Source: Thermodesulfobacteriota bacterium (GTDB lineage Bacteria > Desulfobacterota_D > UBA1144). Taken from it: a DNA stretch of 43,658 nt. The stretch is from NCBI GenBank assembly GCA_029246845.1, contig JAQWMJ010000009.1, positions 1 to 43,658 of the forward strand. The letters are read 5' to 3'. Made by a program: the position numbers and the translations under genes. Shown here piece by piece: positions 40,679-43,658 of the stretch; the first letter of the stretch is position 1, and every line of letters begins with the position of its first letter. The notes under the pieces are model-generated. The model worked only from the letters and a program-made list of their open reading frames with translations, did not search any database and had not been told where the DNA came from.

Positions 40679-41527
40679 ATGACTAGAAGTATGACAGGTT
40701 TTTCATCAATTTCGGGTGCTACAAACTCAACTAATTTTACAATTCAATTACGATCTGAAAATAGCAAAACCCTTGATGTACAAATATATGACCATCTAAA
40801 CAACTATGAAATGCAGGAAAAATTAAAAAAGCTTGTTAGAAAAAGTTTTGAAAGAGGTAAGGTTCGAATCTCAATTGAGTATCAAAAGAAGGATTCGTTT
40901 AAGAGTAAAAGTTTAGAAAATGAGTTGGCTAAATTTTCAAAGCTTGCTCGAAGTTACAATATAAACCCAACTATTTCAATTGGAGAGCTGGGTGAGATGA
41001 TGAACAAAGAGTCCAGAATCGAGCAGTCTTCTGATAAATCTTTAGATTTTCAAATTAAACTTGTAAGTAGAGGAATTAATGAATTAATTAAGAGTCAGCT
41101 ATCAGAAGGTAAAAATCTTATACAAGACATATCTAAGAAACTCTTAAGGATAGAAAAAATTAAGAAGGGGATTGTTAAAAGAACTGGTAGATACAGGTCC
41201 AGCTTGGAAAAAAAATACTCTGATGAAATAATTCAGAATGTTGCGAATATTAACCTTCTAGATATTAAAAACGATATAAATAGTGCCTTGGATAAAGTAG
41301 ATATTGAAGAAGAAATAATTAGATTAGATTCACATATATCTGAACTTAATAAAGTTCTAAAGAAGAAAGGATCAAAAGGTTTAAGAATTGATTTTTACAT
41401 GCAAGAAATTAATAGAGAAGCAAATACAATTTCCTCTAAAAGTAAAGATCCTAAACTATCTGAATTCGCAATTGAGATAAAAACTTATCTGAATCAGATC
41501 CGTGAAATAGCTGCCAATATAGCCTAG
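40679..41527 (+). CDS. yicC: YicC-family endoribonuclease
   Basis: SMTGF, ERGKV, DIEEEI.RL.SH, DFYMQEINREANTISSK, QIRE. Confidence 0.92.
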   Translation: MTRSMTGFSSISGATNSTNFTIQLRSENSKTLDVQIYDHLNNYEMQEKLKKLVRKSFERGKVRISIEYQKKDSFKSKSLENELAKFSKLARSYNINPTISIGELGEMMNKESRIEQSSDKSLDFQIKLVSRGINELIKSQLSEGKNLIQDISKKLLRIEKIKKGIVKRTGRYRSSLEKKYSDEIIQNVANINLLDIKNDINSALDKVDIEEEIIRLDSHISELNKVLKKKGSKGLRIDFYMQEINREANTISSKSKDPKLSEFAIEIKTYLNQIREIAANIA

Positions 41528-41563
41528 ATACTATTAAGCCTATTTAACGTATATAAGGTTTGG

Positions 41564-42313
41564 TCAAGTTCCTGGATTCAAACTATACATAATATTAATT
41601 CTCCTATAGTTGTGAATAGAGAATTCAAATTCTGCTATAATTTCCATTGAAACATTGAACTGGACTCTATGTCCATAGTCCGTCTTGCTCTTCAATTCAT
41701 ACCCCTCTTTTAGTCTTTGAACATTAAGCCCGCCATAATAGAGAAGAGATGAAGCATTTAGTATTTGACCATTTTTAACAAGAAATTCTCCAAGATGTTC
41801 AATTACCTTATTAATATTGCCTGTTGCCCTACTAAGAAAGAGGTCTGGGCTATCTCCTACTAGTTCTAATGTTTCAAGTCGATTATTGTGAACAGTAAAT
41901 AGTTTTTTACCCAAAGACTTTGCCAGGATATCTCCAACCAAGCATAAAAATTCCGTCTTCTTTTTATTTGAATCCACTAGATGAATTTCTTTAATGCGTT
42001 TACCTTTATTGCAAATCTGATCATATAAAATCAGTGGTATTCCAGGGAACCCTGCACCAGTCCCTATATCCATAATAACCAAAGGTAGGGTTTTAGGATT
42101 TTTTTCTTTGAATTTTTCAAAACCTAGAATAGAGTCAATAAAATGCTTGTCGACTATATCTTGGGGGTTTATTATGCTAGTCAAATTATATTTCTTATTT
42201 TCTGATATTAGCAAATCTGCATACAATTCAAAAACCTCACCAATCTTATCTACATAAAAAAGACCATTTCTTTTGAATTCTATAGCAACTAACTCTCTTA
42301 ATTCTAAACTCAC
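41564..42313 (-). CDS. rsmG: 16S rRNA m7G527 methyltransferase (GidB), divergent C-terminus
   Basis: NKKYNLTSI, KHFIDS, DIGTGAGFPGIPL, LVDSNKKK..FL, SRA. Confidence 0.9.
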   Translation of the reverse strand: MSLELRELVAIEFKRNGLFYVDKIGEVFELYADLLISENKKYNLTSIINPQDIVDKHFIDSILGFEKFKEKNPKTLPLVIMDIGTGAGFPGIPLILYDQICNKGKRIKEIHLVDSNKKKTEFLCLVGDILAKSLGKKLFTVHNNRLETLELVGDSPDLFLSRATGNINKVIEHLGEFLVKNGQILNASSLLYYGGLNVQRLKEGYELKSKTDYGHRVQFNVSMEIIAEFEFSIHNYRRINIMYSLNPGT

Positions 42314-43455
42314 CTAATTGTCCTCTTTTCATGTATATAAAGTAACAACGTCCCTATGAATATTATGATAGATGCAGATTTAAACATAATATTAAATCCA
42401 TATACTTCAGCAATAAATCCAAAGAAGAATGTCATTAGGTTTACACCTATGCTAAAAGAGGAATTTATTGCACCAAAAATCCTACCACTTAAGGACTTGG
42501 CTTTTCCTTTTAGAGCTATCGAAGATAGCAGCGGATAGACTAAAGAATAAGTTAATGAAAAAAAGACTGAAAATAGAATTATATGGAAAGTATTGTTTAT
42601 ATGTGGGACGAAGAAAATAGCACAAGTAAAAAGAGTTAGCATCATTAATATTTTATTAAACAAGTTCTTAGACGACAATCTGCTAGAGAGGAAAATTCTT
42701 GATAAAGAAACCACAATGCTATACCCAACAAAAAAGAGCCCAATCGAAAGATCTCTTTCTTTCAAGAAAAGAGATAAGAAATTCATGATAACTCCAAAAC
42801 CAGAGGCTAAGAGAAAGTTGGCAAATAGAATTTTAAAAATCTTGTTCTCTTTTATAATTGTGAAAAAACTACTAGTATCAATTCGATCATCTCTATCTTC
42901 TTTTTCTTCTACTACCAAAAACATTAAAGCAAAGGAAAGACAAGAAAAGAATGCTGCATAAATAAAGAATTCACTATAGCCAAATTTTATAATTATTTTC
43001 TCTGAGAAGAAGGGTCCTAGGAAATAAGAAATAATTGTAAATGAACTAAACAATGAAAGGCCAAACTGTTTATCGTTATCATCTAATGAATTAGATGCTA
43101 TCGCTGAGGATGAATTAAAAAATATCGAGAAAGCAGCACCTTGTAAAATTCTTAAGAGTAATATCATCTCAAAGCTGATAATAAAAATAAATAATAGTGA
43201 TGAAAAAATCATTATTACTAAGGCAATGAGTGATAACAATTTTTTTCCATACTTATCAATTAAGGTTGAAGTATAGGGAGTCAGTAGTATTGAGGAGAAA
43301 CCAAAAGTTGACATCACTATGCCAATATCGGATTTCGAATAATTGTTACTATCTAAAAATAAGGGCAATAAAAAGAAGCATGAGAAATTTACAAAAAATA
43401 GACAATTGGCAAAAGTTGCATAAATAAAATTTTTATTAAAATTATTAGAGATCAT
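42310..43455 (-). CDS. MFS transporter
   Basis: About 12 TM segments, LIDKYGKK, RILQG; start taken at ATG 43455 because the longer ORF would overlap the tRNA promoter. Confidence 0.88.
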   Translation of the reverse strand: MISNNFNKNFIYATFANCLFFVNFSCFFLLPLFLDSNNYSKSDIGIVMSTFGFSSILLTPYTSTLIDKYGKKLLSLIALVIMIFSSLLFIFIISFEMILLLRILQGAAFSIFFNSSSAIASNSLDDNDKQFGLSLFSSFTIISYFLGPFFSEKIIIKFGYSEFFIYAAFFSCLSFALMFLVVEEKEDRDDRIDTSSFFTIIKENKIFKILFANFLLASGFGVIMNFLSLFLKERDLSIGLFFVGYSIVVSLSRIFLSSRLSSKNLFNKILMMLTLFTCAIFFVPHINNTFHIILFSVFFSLTYSLVYPLLSSIALKGKAKSLSGRIFGAINSSFSIGVNLMTFFFGFIAEVYGFNIMFKSASIIIFIGTLLLYIHEKRTIR

Positions 43456-43477
43456 TATCTTAGATATTAACCTGGCT

Positions 43478-43505
43478 TTGACAAAAAAAGCGAACAAGCT
43501 ATAAT
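43478..43505 (+). promoter_or_regulatory. Consensus sigma70 promoter of the tRNA operon
   Basis: TTGACA (43478-43483), 16-nt spacer, TATAAT (43500-43505), 13 nt before tRNA-Lys. Confidence 0.88.
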
Positions 43506-43518
43506 GAACGAGAATAAA

Positions 43519-43591
43519 GGGCCGTTAGCTCAGTTGGTAGAGCAACTCCCTTTTAAGGAGTGGGTCGCAGGTTCGAATCCTGCACGGCTCA
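43519..43591 (+). tRNA. tRNA-Lys(TTT)
   Basis: GGGCCGT/ACGGCTC acceptor stem, ACTCC-CTTTTAA-GGAGT anticodon arm, GGTTCGAATCC; CCA not encoded. Confidence 0.97.
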
Positions 43592-43592
43592 T

Positions 43593-43658
43593 GTCCCCAT
43601 CGTCTAGCCTGGTCTAGGACACCGCCCTTTCACGGCGAAAACAGGGGTTCAAATCCCC
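43593..43658 (+). tRNA. tRNA-Glu(TTC), truncated by the window end
   Basis: GTCCCCATCGTCTAG..., CGCC-CTTTCAC-GGCG anticodon arm, GGTTCAAATCCCC. Confidence 0.95.

Noticed and set aside
43456..43497. N-terminal extension of the MFS ORF to a TTG at 43497
   Set aside because: It would overlap the consensus tRNA promoter; ATG 43455 gives a normal MFS start

Overview
A very gene-dense, AT-rich (roughly 30% GC by eye) bacterial chromosome segment. Intergenic gaps are minimal, and I see no integrase, transposase, CRISPR array or prophage. Gene content and style suggest a streamlined marine bacterium; marine Dadabacteria/Desulfobacterota-like is my inference, not a database result. Most genes are shuffled housekeeping genes (htpX, msrA, recG, ugd, nth, ferredoxin, secG, tpiA, rpmB, def, ihfB, lgt, crcB, msrB, fumC, trxA, hisS, gyrB, dcd, pheS, secDF-yajC, tgt, dapB, yicC, rsmG) plus three tRNAs (Arg-CCT, Lys-TTT, partial Glu-TTC). 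The most striking signal is at 16.3-24.4 kb: up to six same-strand hypothetical proteins share a core motif (FL-x4-P-x-YF/L-x2-A/T-L ... YWR ... amphipathic helix). They form an apparently unnamed, locally expanded paralog family with long and short members interleaved with crcB, grx-msrB and fumC. Other observations: a probable ATC start codon for htpX, pervasive leaderless-type -10/ATG architecture, loss of structural-zinc ligands in TGT, L36 and L28, two small genes missing from the ORF track, and a DUF45/YgjP protein ending in a clamp-binding-like motif.
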